This document shows, one piece after another, positions 1 through 12,420 of a stretch of 64,000 nucleotides of DNA. A program made the translations under genes and the position numbers. The notes under the pieces are model-generated. The model saw only the letters and a program-made list of their open reading frames with translations, had not been told where the DNA came from and did not search any database. The DNA comes from Octopus vulgaris (lineage: Eukaryota): NCBI GenBank assembly GCA_951406725.2, contig OX597830.1, forward strand, positions 50,220,001 through 50,284,000, in the 5' to 3' direction. The stretch's first letter is position 1. Every line of letters begins with the position of its first letter.

Positions 1-596
1 GTTGAACAGGATGACTAAGTGTTTAAAAGAACAGTCTCATCAGCTGAAGTATTGATGTGGTTATAGATGCAGTTTGTGTTGGGGAGAAAGAATGAGAGCA
101 AGAGAGGGAGGGACAAACGGAAAGACAAGAGAGGCTTAGGGAGAGGGGGAGAGAGGGAAAACAGAAAGAATATGATATAGAGAGAGGAGGAGCTAGATGG
201 AGAAATTGATAGACAAACAAAAGAGTGGCAGATCAACAATTGATACACTCACTCACACACGGACACACACACATTTTTGGATTAATATAATGAGTGTTTG
301 AATAAAAATGTGTGTTATTGACACACTAATGATCTAAGATAACACTAGACAAATTAAACAAAGCATCTTTTGGAAACAAGGAGACTCTTCTTACTGATTT
401 CTTTGAAATTATGGTAAAGTGGTACAAACAAGCAGAAAAGAGGGAGAGTAAAGGGGAGGAGGTGTCCCTATGATAGAATGGACTCAGGGAAGAATGCTGA
501 AAAAAAAAAGAAGGGAACTGGGATTTGAACATTAATGCTTGTTTTAGGAAGAAATACATAAAAAAATTTTTTTAAAAGACAACATGGCTTACTCAC

Positions 597-665
597 CGTT
601 GTTGAAGAACTGGTAGAGAAATAAATTCCTTTTCAAATATAAACAAAGATTTTTTAGTCATCCAC
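597..665 (-). other. Candidate 69-nt internal exon of an unidentified minus-strand gene (peptide WMTKKSLFIFEKEFISLPVLQQ if coding, phase 2-2)
   Basis: On the minus strand a long polypyrimidine tract and CAG acceptor (…ttctcttctttttttcttttttatcCAG, ending at 666) precede the segment, and a consensus donor CG|GTGAGT (596-591) follows. The length is a multiple of 3 and one frame is open. No homolog recognised. Confidence 0.4.
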
Positions 666-1530
666 CTGGATAAAAAAGAAAAAAAAGAAGAGAATCAGAT
701 GTGGCAACGCTGGGAACTTTCGGAAGACAGAGAAATTGCAAAAACAAAAAAATGGTGAAAAAGCAGCACCACAAACTAAAATGGTTAACCAACCTAAAGT
801 TTAGAGATAATGTGAAAGACGCGGGGGGGGGGGGGGTTGATCTTTAAACAAAAAGCATCCCTACTTTAAGTCAGTGGACCTCTCTGAGACCTTACAACCT
901 ATCCTTATAACAAGTTTCTTGAGAATTTTCTTTTATTTTTTTCTTGTTTCACATCCATTTTTTTTTCTCTGTTTTTTCTATGGCTGGCAAAGTTCTTATG
1001 TAGAGGAAGTTATTTTCACAGCTGGATAACGTTCCTTCCTACTGCTAACCACTCAACCATGAAGCAAGAAACTCTTCTTGTTTTTGCCAGTAGATGCAAG
1101 TTCAGTTAAGTAACTTGCTTAAGGACACAACACGCTAAGTCCAAAAATACAATCATGCATTCAGTAATTTATCTCAGCCACTAAGCCTCTGCTAATGAAT
1201 TGTTACTACCAGGAAGGTCCCAAGAATCTAAAGGCCAAGTATTTGATAATGTTACTTCTCTAATAATGGACTGAATTTGAAGGAAATTTTACCATGTTCC
1301 TACAGTGAACCATTCTCTGTCCATTTGGTGGAATGTTGTTCAGGGGATTAGAACATCAGACTGATAATTCTAGCACGTACGACAGTAAAGTGCTTGTTTG
1401 TACAAAGAGTTTGGCAACAGGATTAACACAACGAGGGATTTATCTCGAAGTACTTCAGCCGGATTAGAGGGATTTTCTGAGACTCAGCAGCTACACAAGA
1501 CAGGATTGAGTGATGACTACACTGTGGGAC

Positions 1531-1532
<2 letters not shown>

Positions 1533-1583
<51 letters not shown>

Positions 1584-2100
1584 TGTGTATGTGTGTGTAT
1601 GTGTGTGTGGTGGTATGTAGGGTACAGGTATTGGAATGTGTGTGTGGTGTATGCGAGTGTGTGCATGTAGATATTAGTGTGTTTCTGTGTGTGCTTCTGT
1701 GAGTGCTTCTGCATGCATGTGTGTGTATTTGTGTGTGGGTATGCGAGTGTGTCTATGTATGTGTGTGTATGGTGGTACAGGTGCCTGTGTGTGTGTGTAT
1801 GTGTGTGTGCATGCAGGTATTATTGTGTTTCTGCATGTGCTTCTGTATGTTGGTGTGTTTGTGTAGTTACTGGTATGTATGTGTGTAGGTATGTATACTT
1901 GTGTGTATGTGGCACAAGTGTATGTGTGTGCATGTAGCATATGTGACCCCTATGTGTGTATAGGAGCATATTTATATGTAGGAATGTGTGCATAGTGGTG
2001 TGTGTATCTGTGTGTGTGTGTGTGTGTGCATGAACATGTGTATGTCTGTGTGTGTGTGTGTACAAGCATGTGTATGTGTATGCATATGCCAATTCATGTC
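1533..2100. repeat. (GT)n microsatellite and degenerate GT/GTAT low-complexity tract
   Basis: Directly visible; explains the CV/HT-rich ORFs here. Confidence 0.9.
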
Positions 2101-2589
2101 TGTCTGCCTGGAAGATGGGGAAGGGGAGGGGTGAGAGAGGGAGGAGGAGAGGAGGGAGGGGAGGAGGAAGTGTGGTGGAGGGGAAGGGAGAGGAAGGGAG
2201 GGGAAGGGAGGAGGGAGATGGAGGGAGTAGTAGTAGAAAGAGGCGATGATGAAGTGTGGGAAGGAAGAGGGGGAGGGAAAAGAGGGAGAAACTGACTGTT
2301 ACATTTAACATATCCCAAACTGTTGGATCAAGTTTACTATCTGTTAAAAATGTTAAAATAAAAGCAAAATGAACCACCTCAAAGGAAGAATTAACGAGCA
2401 AATAAATACAATGAACACGACATATCTTGCCATTCGCATATGGAATTAATTATCTGATTAATTATAATCACATAATATGTGATTTCTATGCAGAATTAAA
2501 CGTAAGCTAATTCAACAGAAATTGAAAGATACGCAACACAGTTAAATCACAACTGAAGGTAAACGTTATGTCACAACATATTATAGACA

Positions 2590-3420
2590 CCCATACATCA
2601 CAACAGAAATATACTGCCTCACAACACAACCTACACAACAATATAAAGAGACTGCCACACAACATACACTACACCTGCCCCACAATGCACACTACATCAC
2701 AACAGAAATATACTGCCTCACAACACAACCTACACCACAATATAAAGAGACTGCCTCACAACGCACACTACATCACAACAGAAATATACTGCCTCACAAC
2801 ACAACCTACACCACAATATAAAGAGACTGCCTCACAATGTACACTACACCTGCCCCACAATACACACTACATCACAACAGAAATATACTGCCTCACAATA
2901 CAACCTACACCACAATATAAAGAGACTACCTCACAACGTACACTACACCTGCCCCACAATACACACTACATCACAACAGAAATATACTGCTTCACAACAC
3001 AACCTACACCACAATATAAAGAGACTACCTCACAACATACACTACACCTGCCCCACAATACACACTACATCACAACAGAAATATACTGCCTCACAACACA
3101 ACCTACACCACAATATAAAGAGACTGCCTCACAATGTACACTACACCTGCCCCACAATACACACTACATCACAACAGAAATATACTGCCTCACAATACAA
3201 CCTACACCACAATATAAAGAGACTACCTCACAACGTACACTACACCTGCCCCACAATACACACTACATCACAACAGAAATATACTGCCTCACAACACAAC
3301 CTACACCACAATATAAAGAGACTGCCTCACAACATACACTACACCTGCCCCACAATGTACACTACACCAGCCCCAAAATACACACTACATCACAACGCAC
3401 TACATTCACACCACACCATC
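2590..3420. repeat. 99-bp minisatellite (~8 units) with a 297-bp higher-order repeat
   Basis: The anchor CATCACAACAGAAAT recurs at 2771, 2870, 2969, 3068, 3167 and 3266. The variant pattern of units 1-3 repeats in units 4-6. Confidence 0.95.
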
Positions 3421-3509
3421 TCACAACATACTGTACACATTGCAAAAATGCTATATTGGTACAGCATGAGTTTTCTGTAACTCTTTGGTTCCAAAGATTT
3501 TTTTGGCAT

Positions 3510-3765
3510 TCTTTTACTTTTTATCTTTTACTTGTTTCAGTTATTAGACTGTGGCCATGCTGTGGCACTGCCTTGAAGAACTTTCATTTAAATGAATTGA
3601 CCCAGTACTTATCGTTTTTAAAGCCAGATACTTATTCTATCGGTCTCTTTTGCCAAGCTGCTAAGTTACAGGGATGTAAACACACCAACATTTGTTGTTC
3701 GATGCTGGTAGGGAACAGCCACACACAAACACACACACAAATACATATGTATATATGTATATGTA
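3510..3765 (-). mobile_element. SINE family A, 3' half
   Basis: Reverse complement of the family A tail seen at ~23050-23255 (…CAGCATGGCCACAGTC…GAAACAAGTAAAAGA). Confidence 0.8.
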
Positions 3766-3767
3766 TG

Positions 3768-3925
3768 TGGAGGCACATGGCCTAGTGGTTAGAGCAGCGG
3801 ATTCGCGGTCGGGGGATCGCAGGTTTGAATCTCAGACCGGGTGATGTGTGTGTTTATGAACAAAGCACCTAAGCTCCACGCAGCTCGAGCAGAAGGTAAT
3901 GGCGAACTTCTGCTGATTCAACTGA
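3768..3925 (+). mobile_element. tRNA-derived SINE family D (5' part)
   Basis: Head GGAGGCACATGGCCTAGTGGTTAGAGCAGCGG with a B-box-like GGTTTGAATC; homologous to 13730, 17983 and 18482. Confidence 0.75.
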
Positions 3926-3941
3926 ATCTTACAGTCTCTCT

Positions 3942-4330
3942 CTTCTACTTGTTTCAATTATTTGACTGCAGCCATGCTGGAGCACTGCGTTTAGATGAGG
4001 AAATTGACCCCAGGACTTATTCTTTGTAAGCCCAGTACTTATTCTATCGGTCACTTTTGCCGAACCGCTAAGTTACAGGGAAGTAAACACACCAGCATCT
4101 ATTGTCAAGCGATGTTGTGGGGGACAAACACAGTCACAAACACATACATATATATATATACATATACATATATATGATGGGCTTCTTTCAGTTTCCGTCT
4201 ACCAAATCCACTCACAAGGTTTTGGTCAGCCCGAGGCTATAGTAGAAGACACTTGCCCAAGGTGTCATGCAGTGGGACTGAACCCGGAACCATGTGGCTA
4301 GTAAGCAAGCTACTTACCACACAGCCACAT
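3942..4330 (-). mobile_element. SINE family A, near full length
   Basis: Reverse complement of 22847-23255, including the Pol III A/B-box head and internal (TA/CA)n. Confidence 0.9.
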
Positions 4331-4826
4331 ACAGTTTACTGTTCCATTATTGGTATGGTAAACAAAAGCAGTACTCCATCCAGTAGAGGTTAAATATCAT
4401 TTTATACATACAGTATTTAAATATGAGCCACTAATGGTTCCATGCTGTGTAAACAATAATTCAACAGAATTATAAATTGTGCCTTATGTTTCCAAGCAAT
4501 CCTTCAGGCTCGAATGTAGATAAGCCATTAAGCGCATGAACTATTAGCAGGTCCTGCATTCATTGAATTACTTATATATGATTTAAGGTCGAAGAAAACT
4601 CTCAGCCCTCAAGTCACTCTTGTAGGCATCCACCACTTCAAAATTATGAATATATAATTGACTCTCCCATCGGACTCGACGTATAAGGATCGGACAATCT
4701 ACACTTTCTTTATCAGTCATAATGTTCATATCAGATGTGACATTTGAGTCCTGCACACAATTTGCAAAGAAACCCACAGATGTTAAAAGTATGATGATTA
4801 TGGATCAGTGCAGGTAGTATATCTGC

Positions 4827-5046
4827 GAGCCAGGGTTAGCACGCCAGGGGAAATGCTTTGTGGTATTTTGTCCGCTGCTATGTTCCGAGTTCAAATTCCA
4901 CCAAGGTCAACTTTGCCTTTCATCCTTTCGGGGTCGATTAAATAAGTACCAGTTACGCACTGGGGTCGATATAATCGACTTAATCCGTTTGTCTGTTCTT
5001 GTTTGTCCTCTCTCTGTTTAGCCCCTTGTGGGTAGTAAAGAAATAG
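4827..5046 (+). mobile_element. SINE-like family B with 10-bp target-site duplication
   Basis: Body TTCCGAGTTCAAATTCCACCAAGGTCAACTTTGCCTTTCATCC…AAAGAAATA; GTATATCTGC is duplicated at 4817-4826 and 5047-5056. Confidence 0.85.
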
Positions 5047-5139
5047 GTATATCTGCAGCCATTTTTCTCCTATGCCTTGCATCCCTTAGCCTGTTAATAC
5101 TGGTTGAAACAAATTTGCTTACAGCATTTTGACATGACA

Positions 5140-5350
5140 CTGGTCCTCATGCCAGTGGCACATAGAAGCACCCACTACACTCTCGGAGTGGTTGGCATTA
5201 GGAAGGGCATCCAGCTGTAGAAACTCTGCCAGATCAAGATTGGAACCTGGTGCAGCCATCTGGTTCGCCAGTCCTCAGTCAAATTGCCCAACCCATGCTA
5301 GCATGGAAAGCAGACGTTAAACGATGATGATGATGATGATGAGGAGGAGG
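5140..5350 (+). mobile_element. RTE LINE 3' UTR fragment (family C) ending in (GAT)n
   Basis: GCACCCACTACACTCTCGGAGTGGTTGGCATTAGGAAGGGCATCCAGCTGTAGAAAC…CATGGAAAGCAGACGTTAAAC(GAT)n; many copies in the window. Confidence 0.85.
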
Positions 5351-6001
5351 ATGAAGAATCTCCAATTTGGTCACTCTAAGGCTGCTTGCTCAAATGTGTT
5401 CTGAGCTCTATTGACTGCTGAGAAGTTACTCTTCAACTTGTCTTTATATCTGAGCCACACTTACTCATGTACAGAGTTCTATTTAGTCTGTTTGTCCCAC
5501 TAAACAGTACATAAATATATACATAAGAAGATGAATAGAAACGGCTTTTCTGATGATTCTTCCACTTCAATAATTTGATGACCATAAGTTTTAGGCATTC
5601 ACAAAAGGTAACTCTGATAGGAGTCACTTTTGTAAACACTTAATAACTTAAACAAATTGATAAACTTCTAATTATTAAAGAGGAAAAATGATCAGAAACG
5701 ACATTTCTATTTTTCAAATATATAATTCTGTACCAAGGACTTTCTATTTCTTATTCTACTACACACACACACACACATGCATGCACACACACACACACAC
5801 ACGCACACACACACGCACACACACACACACACACAAGACAGGCTTCTTTCAGTTTCCATCTGCCAAATCCACTCACAAGGCCTATAGTAGAAGAGACTAG
5901 GCCACTGTGCCATGAACTGGGACTGAATCAAGAGGCATATGCCTGGGAAGCAAACTTTTTACTGTGCAACCAAGCCCACGAATGAAGCCACCCCTATATA
6001 T

Positions 6002-6345
6002 ATCATCATCATTATCCTCATTATCATCATCGCTTAACGTCTGTTTTCCATGCTGGCATGGGTTGGACGGTTTGACTGAAGATTGGCAAGCCAGGAGGCT
6101 GCACCAGACTCCAATCTCTTTTGGCAAAGTTTCTACGGCTGGATGCCCTTTCTAATGCCAACCACTACAAAAGTGCTTTTTACATGCCACTGGCACTGGA
6201 GTCAGTCAGGCAGCACTGGCATTGGTCACACTTGAATGATGCTTTTTTACCTGCTACCAGTGTGGGTGCCTGGCAGGTGGCACTGGCATCAGCCACAACA
6301 ACAATTTCACTTGACTCAACAGGTCTTCTCAAGCACAGCACATTG
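6002..6345 (-). mobile_element. RTE LINE 3' UTR fragment (family C)
   Basis: Reverse complement of family C with an (ATC)n tail. Confidence 0.75.
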
Positions 6346-6571
6346 ACAAACAATTAAAGGGTATTTTTAAATGGGCTGGTTATGCAACACTTGTGTTGGC
6401 CACATCTATAAACATTAAACATTTCAAACATGAAATAACACAAAAATAAACCAAATTGATATGCAAAAAATTATATATATATATATATATATAGGGTAGC
6501 GAATATTCGTTATAAAAATCACTACCAGTGGTCTAACATGTATAAATAGTCAATAGACAACATATTCATAT

Positions 6572-6701
6572 TTTTAAAAAGTGTATATTCAAACACAAGA
6601 GAAAACTACCTTTTAACAGGTAATTTTTACATGCTAGAAATAGCAGCCAATATGTCCAAAAGGTAGTTTTCTCTTGTGTTTAAATGTACACTTTTTTAAA
6701 A
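6572..6701. repeat. Inverted repeat with ~43-bp arms and a 43-nt loop, inside a (TA)n-flanked cassette
   Basis: AAACACAAGAGAAAACTACCTTTT (6591-6614) is perfectly complementary to 6658-6681 and extends outward with 2 mismatches and 1 indel. Confidence 0.9.
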
Positions 6702-7859
6702 TTATATATATATGATGATGATGATGAGGAGGAGGAGGTACAAAGAGAGAGAGAGAGCAAGAGGAAGATGGAGAAAACCCACACACATACATACACACAA
6801 CACATACATATATGTATATTGTTCAAATTTACAGAAAACAAAAAAACACTGAAGATAAGTGAAGGAACAACAAGCAAGTGTATTAGTTTAGAGCTTGATA
6901 AGAATGGAAAAGCCTTTGATGTTTCAAGCCTATGCTCTTTGACTCAAACCCACATCTCTGTGATTACCAGTCAAGCGCTTTACCATTAAGCTAAACTGCT
7001 CACTCACAAATTCTTCTGCAATTTTTGAACTTATAAACCAAGTTTATAATTACAGAGATGCAAGTTCAAGTCTCATGGCTGACTGCTGACAAATTTTTCC
7101 ACAATATAAGGGTAATATCCTATTCACACAGTTCATGCATTATTATATACATACATATATACATACTAAACACATACATACATAAACATATTAATACATA
7201 CACACAAGCACATACATTCATAAATAGACACGTATGCACATATATAGACACACATCTGTCCAGAAAGCAGTAGGACTCAACAACTGATTGATAAAAGTCC
7301 TTCATCTCATTGACATTAATGGCTCGACTATAACCATAACTACCACTACTACTGCCACGACCACTACCGTCACTACCACAACTACCTACCACCACCAGTG
7401 CTGTCGTCATTACAACCACCGGCATAATTACAAATCTTTAGAGAGCTGGCACCCTACAGTGGTATGGTACTATACAAGGTTTATCTAGTGCTATTATTTA
7501 ATGATAATTTTGTTCTAATAAAGTGAACGGATGCTGTCTGGTCAGTGGTAAAAACCACACTCCGACCACCACCAATACCACCACACACCATTGCATACAC
7601 TCACACACACATACGACCACTGCCAACACACCATCACAGCCGCCATCATAAATGTCAAACTTTGTAATATTCTTTAGATATGTGAGTAAAAATAAAAAGT
7701 AAAACTAACCGAAACAAAATATATCAATGTATGTATAATACACATCTACATCATCATGTTATTCTTTTACTTGTTTCAGTCATTTGACTGCAGCCATGCT
7801 GGAGCACTACCTTTAGAGAGATGATATATATATATGTGTATATATACACACATACACAC

Positions 7860-8410
7860 ACACCTAGTAAAACTGTTGCTACAACATACATCAATATATG
7901 TATAATACACACCTACGGTTATATATATATATATATAACCAATAAAACTGTAGCTATAACATACATCAATGTATGTATAATACACATCTACACCAAGAGG
8001 TTATATATACATAGTAAAACTATGGTTATATATATATATATATATATAACCAATAAAACTGTAGCTATAACATACATCAATGTATGTATAATACACATCT
8101 ACACCAAGAGGTTATATATACATAGTAAAACTAGCCATGGCAATGTATGTATAATAAATCTCTACACTATCATGCTATATATATATATACACACACACAG
8201 TAAAAGTGTTTCTATAGCAACACACATTAATGTATGTATAATACACATCTATAATACACCATGTTATATATACACAAAATATATCGGTAGACACAGCTAA
8301 GCCATGTGTAGAAGTTACATACATCAATGTATGTATAACAAACATCTACACCATGTGTTATATACACCCAACAAAACAGGAAGTATAACAACATACATCC
8401 ATGTATGTAG
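7860..8410. repeat. Degenerate tandem repeat (CATCAATGTATGTATAATACACATCTAC motif)
   Basis: The motif recurs at least 6 times; near-exact duplication of ~7917-8025 at ~8025-8135. Confidence 0.8.
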
Positions 8411-8559
8411 AACACAAATCTAGCCTGTTGCATCATTTAATAATAATAATAATAATAATAATTGTGTACAGTGCTCAGGTGCACTACAACTCATCTAAAG
8501 TGTATATATAATCAGGTGTAGTTTCAGCGGATTTCGGAAAGCATACACAAAGATTACCA

Positions 8560-8800
8560 AATTTATACTCCAAAGATGGGTGTAAGACAAGGAGATTCAC
8601 TTTCTGTGAAACTATTCACAACTTCCTGAGAAGGGGTTATTTCAAAAACTGATCAGGGGAGAAGATGAAACAGGAATGGAAATTGACTACAAATTTCTCA
8701 CCTATTTAAGAACGGCAGGCATTACAGTTGTCCTGTCGGGATACCTCATCAAACTTCAAATAATGTTGGAACAACTTAATGCAGGAAGTAATGGCAGAAG
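8560..8800 (+). mobile_element. Degraded RTE-clade reverse transcriptase fragment
   Basis: Translates with a frameshift to GVRQGDSLSVKLFTT … GMEIDYKFLTYLRTAGITVVLSGYLIKLQIMLEQLN, matching RTE GVRQGD.ISPKLF…IDG..L..LRFADD…LQ.ML..L. Confidence 0.7.
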
Positions 8801-9381
8801 AATTAAAAATGAGCCAAGACAAAACCCCCTGGCCCCTAACATGCTGGGAGCAAGTCAATATACTCAGAAACACGCTTTGTTTGGAATAATATGGAAGGAT
8901 CAAAACATACAAACATCCAAAATAGATCCAAGAAAGAAGAAAACTAAATGACATTATTTCCAAATTCCCAAAAAACCATTGAACCTGAACCATGTAGGAC
9001 ACATCGAAAGGTGATTGGTAAGCATAAGGGGCAGGATTTCAAAAGACAACAACAGAAACCAAAGACAACAAGGAATAAGTTCAAAGAAGGGATAAAACAG
9101 GGGTGACCAATTTAGAGGAGGAGGAGGAGGAAGAGGGGATGGTGATGAGGAGGAGGAGGAGGAAGAGGAGGAGATAGGGAGGGAGGAGGATGAAGAGAGG
9201 AGATGGGGAGGGAGGGAGGAGGAGGAGGGTTTTGTGGGGATGAAAGGTAAAGCCAGCCTTGGTGGAAATTGAACTTGGAACACAAAGCCAGAAGAAATGC
9301 CACTACACATTTTGTTCTGTGCGCCGGCTGAAATTTGGGGAAAGGAGCCTAGTCAATTATATCAACCCTAGTGCTTAACTG

Positions 9382-9640
9382 TGGAGGCACGTGGTTTAGT
9401 GGTTAGGGTGTCAGCATCATCATCGTAAGATTGTGGTTTCGATTCCTGGACCGGGCAACGTGTTGTGTTCTTGAGCAAAACACTTCATTTCATGTTGCTC
9501 CAGTCCACTCAGCGGGCAAAAATGAGTAATGCTGCGATGGACTGGCATCCCATCCAGCTGGGGAACACATACGCCGTTGAAACTGGGAAACCGGGCCCAT
9601 GAGCCTGGCTAGGCTTTAAAAAAAGGGGTGCATTTATTTT
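9382..9640 (+). mobile_element. tRNA-derived SINE family E with 14-bp TSD, nested in a minus-strand family B copy (~9265-9785)
   Basis: A-box TGGTTTAGTGG and B-box GGTTTCGATTCC. CTAGTGCTTAACTG is duplicated at 9368-9381 and 9641-9654. Confidence 0.9.
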
Positions 9641-9804
9641 CTAGTGCTTAACTGGTACTCATTTTATCAACCTCGAAAGGATGAAAGTCAAAACTGAGCT
9701 TGGCAGAATTTGAACTTGGAATATGAAGCCACAAGAAATTCAGCAAAGTATCTTGCCTGGCAGCGTAAGACTTCTGCAAGCTGACCAACCCAAAAATAAA
9801 CTGT

Positions 9805-10110
9805 TGAGAAATATATTTGTAGAGACCTGATAGTAATAATAAATACTAAATTATATTTATGGAGATCTGATAATAGCAATTGAAAAACACTAAATTGTAT
9901 TTATGAAGGTGAAATAACAATATAGAAACAGTAAACTATATTCATTGAAATGATAATAGTATGGAAGCACTAAATTATATTTAGAGAGATCTGATAATTA
10001 TAATATGGAAACTTTAAATTATATTTAGAGAGATGGAATAATAAAAACAGAGGAATGCTAATTATATTTATAGAGATCTGATAATAGCAATAAATATTTT
10101 AAATTCTATT
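9805..10110. repeat. Degenerate ~40-bp AT-rich tandem repeat (AAATTATATTTATAGAGATCTGATAATAG)
   Basis: The motif recurs about 7 times. Confidence 0.75.
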
Positions 10111-11879
10111 TTGAAGAAAGTGAACATTCTTGCATAAAATATAAAGAAATTATAAGAATAATTTGGCATGAACAGCAACAGCAACAACAGCAGCAGCAAC
10201 AGTTTCGGTAAAAACAACAAGAATAACAACAGAAATTAAAGAGAGCCATTTGTATCCAATTTTGTATTGTTTTGTTAGTGGCATTGTTAACTGGATACCA
10301 TGGTGGACATAGGCATATGGTTAATGTTTGAGAGTGGTGTGTATGTGTTTGTGTTTTTGTGTGTAGCATTCAGATAGCGGTAAACAGCTGGTTGTTGCAT
10401 ATGTAAATGCGTAGTGTGTAGGTGTGTGTGTGTGTGTGTGTGTGTTACGTAAATAAGATGGAAATTGGTGCTTCCATGTAGCAATGAATTCTTTGTAGAA
10501 GTCTGAGAGGAAATTGAATATTGATTTTATCCTTTGGCACTAAAGTAATATTGGTGTCTTTGACAGAATTAACAAAAGACAACTATTTAGTCCCTCACCC
10601 CCCCAACCAACCCCTCCCACCACTGCACTCCATATCTACGTAACCACCACCCACACACCATCATCATACCATCCCCACCCACACATGACAACGACGACGA
10701 CCACCATCATACTGCTTTTCCCCCACCCCCTTCATCAATGGTAAACATTAAAATCATCTGTTAAGAGTGATAAAGGACATTTCGACATGTGCACATCAGA
10801 CTCAGGTGATGTAACTCTCCTCACCTGTCAAAGAACTGCCATAACTTGACAAATGCAATACAAAGACAGGCGTAGTAATCATGTGTCTTTAAATCACTAA
10901 GGTAAAAGGTCTTTTAAGAGTCAGTACTTAGCTGTTGGGGGCCAGCAACTAGCTCAAGGATCAGACTCAGGTGATACATGCCTTCTTATCTGTTGGTGCT
11001 ATGACATGAGGAATAGAACACAGGAACAGGAGTAATTGGATGTCTAGAAATCCCTAAGGAGAAAGCTTTTTTTTAAGGGTTAGTACTTAGCTGTTAGGGC
11101 CAGTGGTAGCTCAGGTAGCAGGTGATTAGTGCAAGAGTCAGGTGTTTAAGGATCAGGTGATTAACACAAAAGGGTTGGGGTTTAGTTGAAGGGGCTGGTG
11201 ATTAGTTAATAGAAAGGGTTATTCACTCAAACAGTGGTTTATACAAAAGATGGGTGGTTAGATCCAAGGATGGTGTTTAGTTGAAGTGGCTGGTGATAGG
11301 TTTATGAAGCTAATGCTTAACTGAAAGAATAGTGGTTCAGCTGGGTTCAGTAGGAAAAAGAAATCATATTAACTCACTGAAAAGGACATAAGTTTACCAC
11401 AGGTAAGATAAGCTCAAGTTCTCTTGGCTAATCCTAGTAGCTGGCCCACCACCTATATTACACAGGTCATACTTCACTGGATTAGAAATCAAAACCTTGG
11501 ATCCTGAACCATATCTATTCTACAAATTGATGTTGTTGTTTAGTTATAGGTTGCCTCAGATCAAGCAGATCCATGATAAAAAAATGTCCCAACTATGTAT
11601 ATACTATCTTTCTATGCCTTTAGAATTACATTACCAAGCATGTCCTTCTTTTGTAAGGCAGTAGGGTATGATTTGATGGGGACCTGACTGCTATTTCAGA
11701 AAAGAAGAGTGATTGCATTAGAAGCTTTCTCTACGTAGATTCTAGTGGTGCACCCAGTAAAGTAAACCTAGCGCTGTCCATCGTTCTCTGAGCAACTGGA
11801 AGAATTTACTCCCTATTACTACTACCAGCCATTTATACTTTTTAGATTCATCTTGCAGAAGGGAGCAGTATCAGGGCCT

Positions 11880-12420
11880 TTAAAGGTCCACCAAGAATGG
11901 AGATATTGATCCCAGTCAAAGTTACGCTTAAATGATTTCAAGTTGATGGTTACAAGGAAAGGGTACCAGAGGATCGAGAAACTACATTCTGAAGTAGAAG
12001 GACTCAGTGTGGTTAGTGAAGGGCATGGGAGAAGTGACTGGTTAGTAGTAGTTAGTGAGGGGCATGGAAGGAGAGTCGAGACAATGAAACTGATGAGGGG
12101 AGGGATTTGAGTGAGACAAGAGCACATGAATGGAGGTAGTGTCACAAGATCAACCAGTTTTCAGGGACAGTGGCTGGAATATGTCTGAGTGAGAAATGGC
12201 ATTTCTTCAGATGTGTTCTAAGATAGTTTTGTCTCTGAAGCAACAGAACTCATACCAGATGTGGGAGCAATACTCCCCTGGAGTCACAGCTGATATCTGA
12301 AGAAGGTTAGTTGTTGTTGTTGGAAGTATTTTCTAGCTGTGAAGAAAGACAGTCTTTGGAAGATGTATGTTCCAATGGTGAATTTGTTCCATTTTAGTGT
12401 AAAAAGAGGCAGTATTGTTT
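11880..12420 (-). mobile_element. Degraded CR1/L2-group LINE ORF2 C-terminal fragment
   Basis: The minus strand contains EYCSHIW (~12256-12278), followed by a decayed LE.IQ.NA-like motif. Many stops. Confidence 0.5.

Larger units (their letters stand above)
4650..5640 (-). mobile_element. Degraded RTE-clade LINE 3' end (ORF C-terminus, C2H2-like finger, 3' UTR), interrupted by two younger insertions
   Basis: Minus-strand translation gives LRYKDKLKSNFSAVNRAQNTFEQAALE*PNWR (~5360-5455), then CQNAVSKFVSTSINRLRDARHRRKMAAD, then NICGFLCKLCAGLKCHI*. These match RTE C-terminal motifs (RYKD.LK…E..A.DR..WR; C..CG..C….GL..H). Confidence 0.7.

Noticed and set aside
2568-3785. 405-aa ORF as a real gene
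   Set aside because: It is the translation of a 99-bp minisatellite running into a SINE, with no recognisable domain.
4583-4777. ORF resembling a Gypsy RNase H motif (TD…R.RW…L..NF.V)
   Set aside because: The same bases are better explained, in another frame, as the RTE C-terminal zinc finger and 3' UTR contiguous with 4826-5640.
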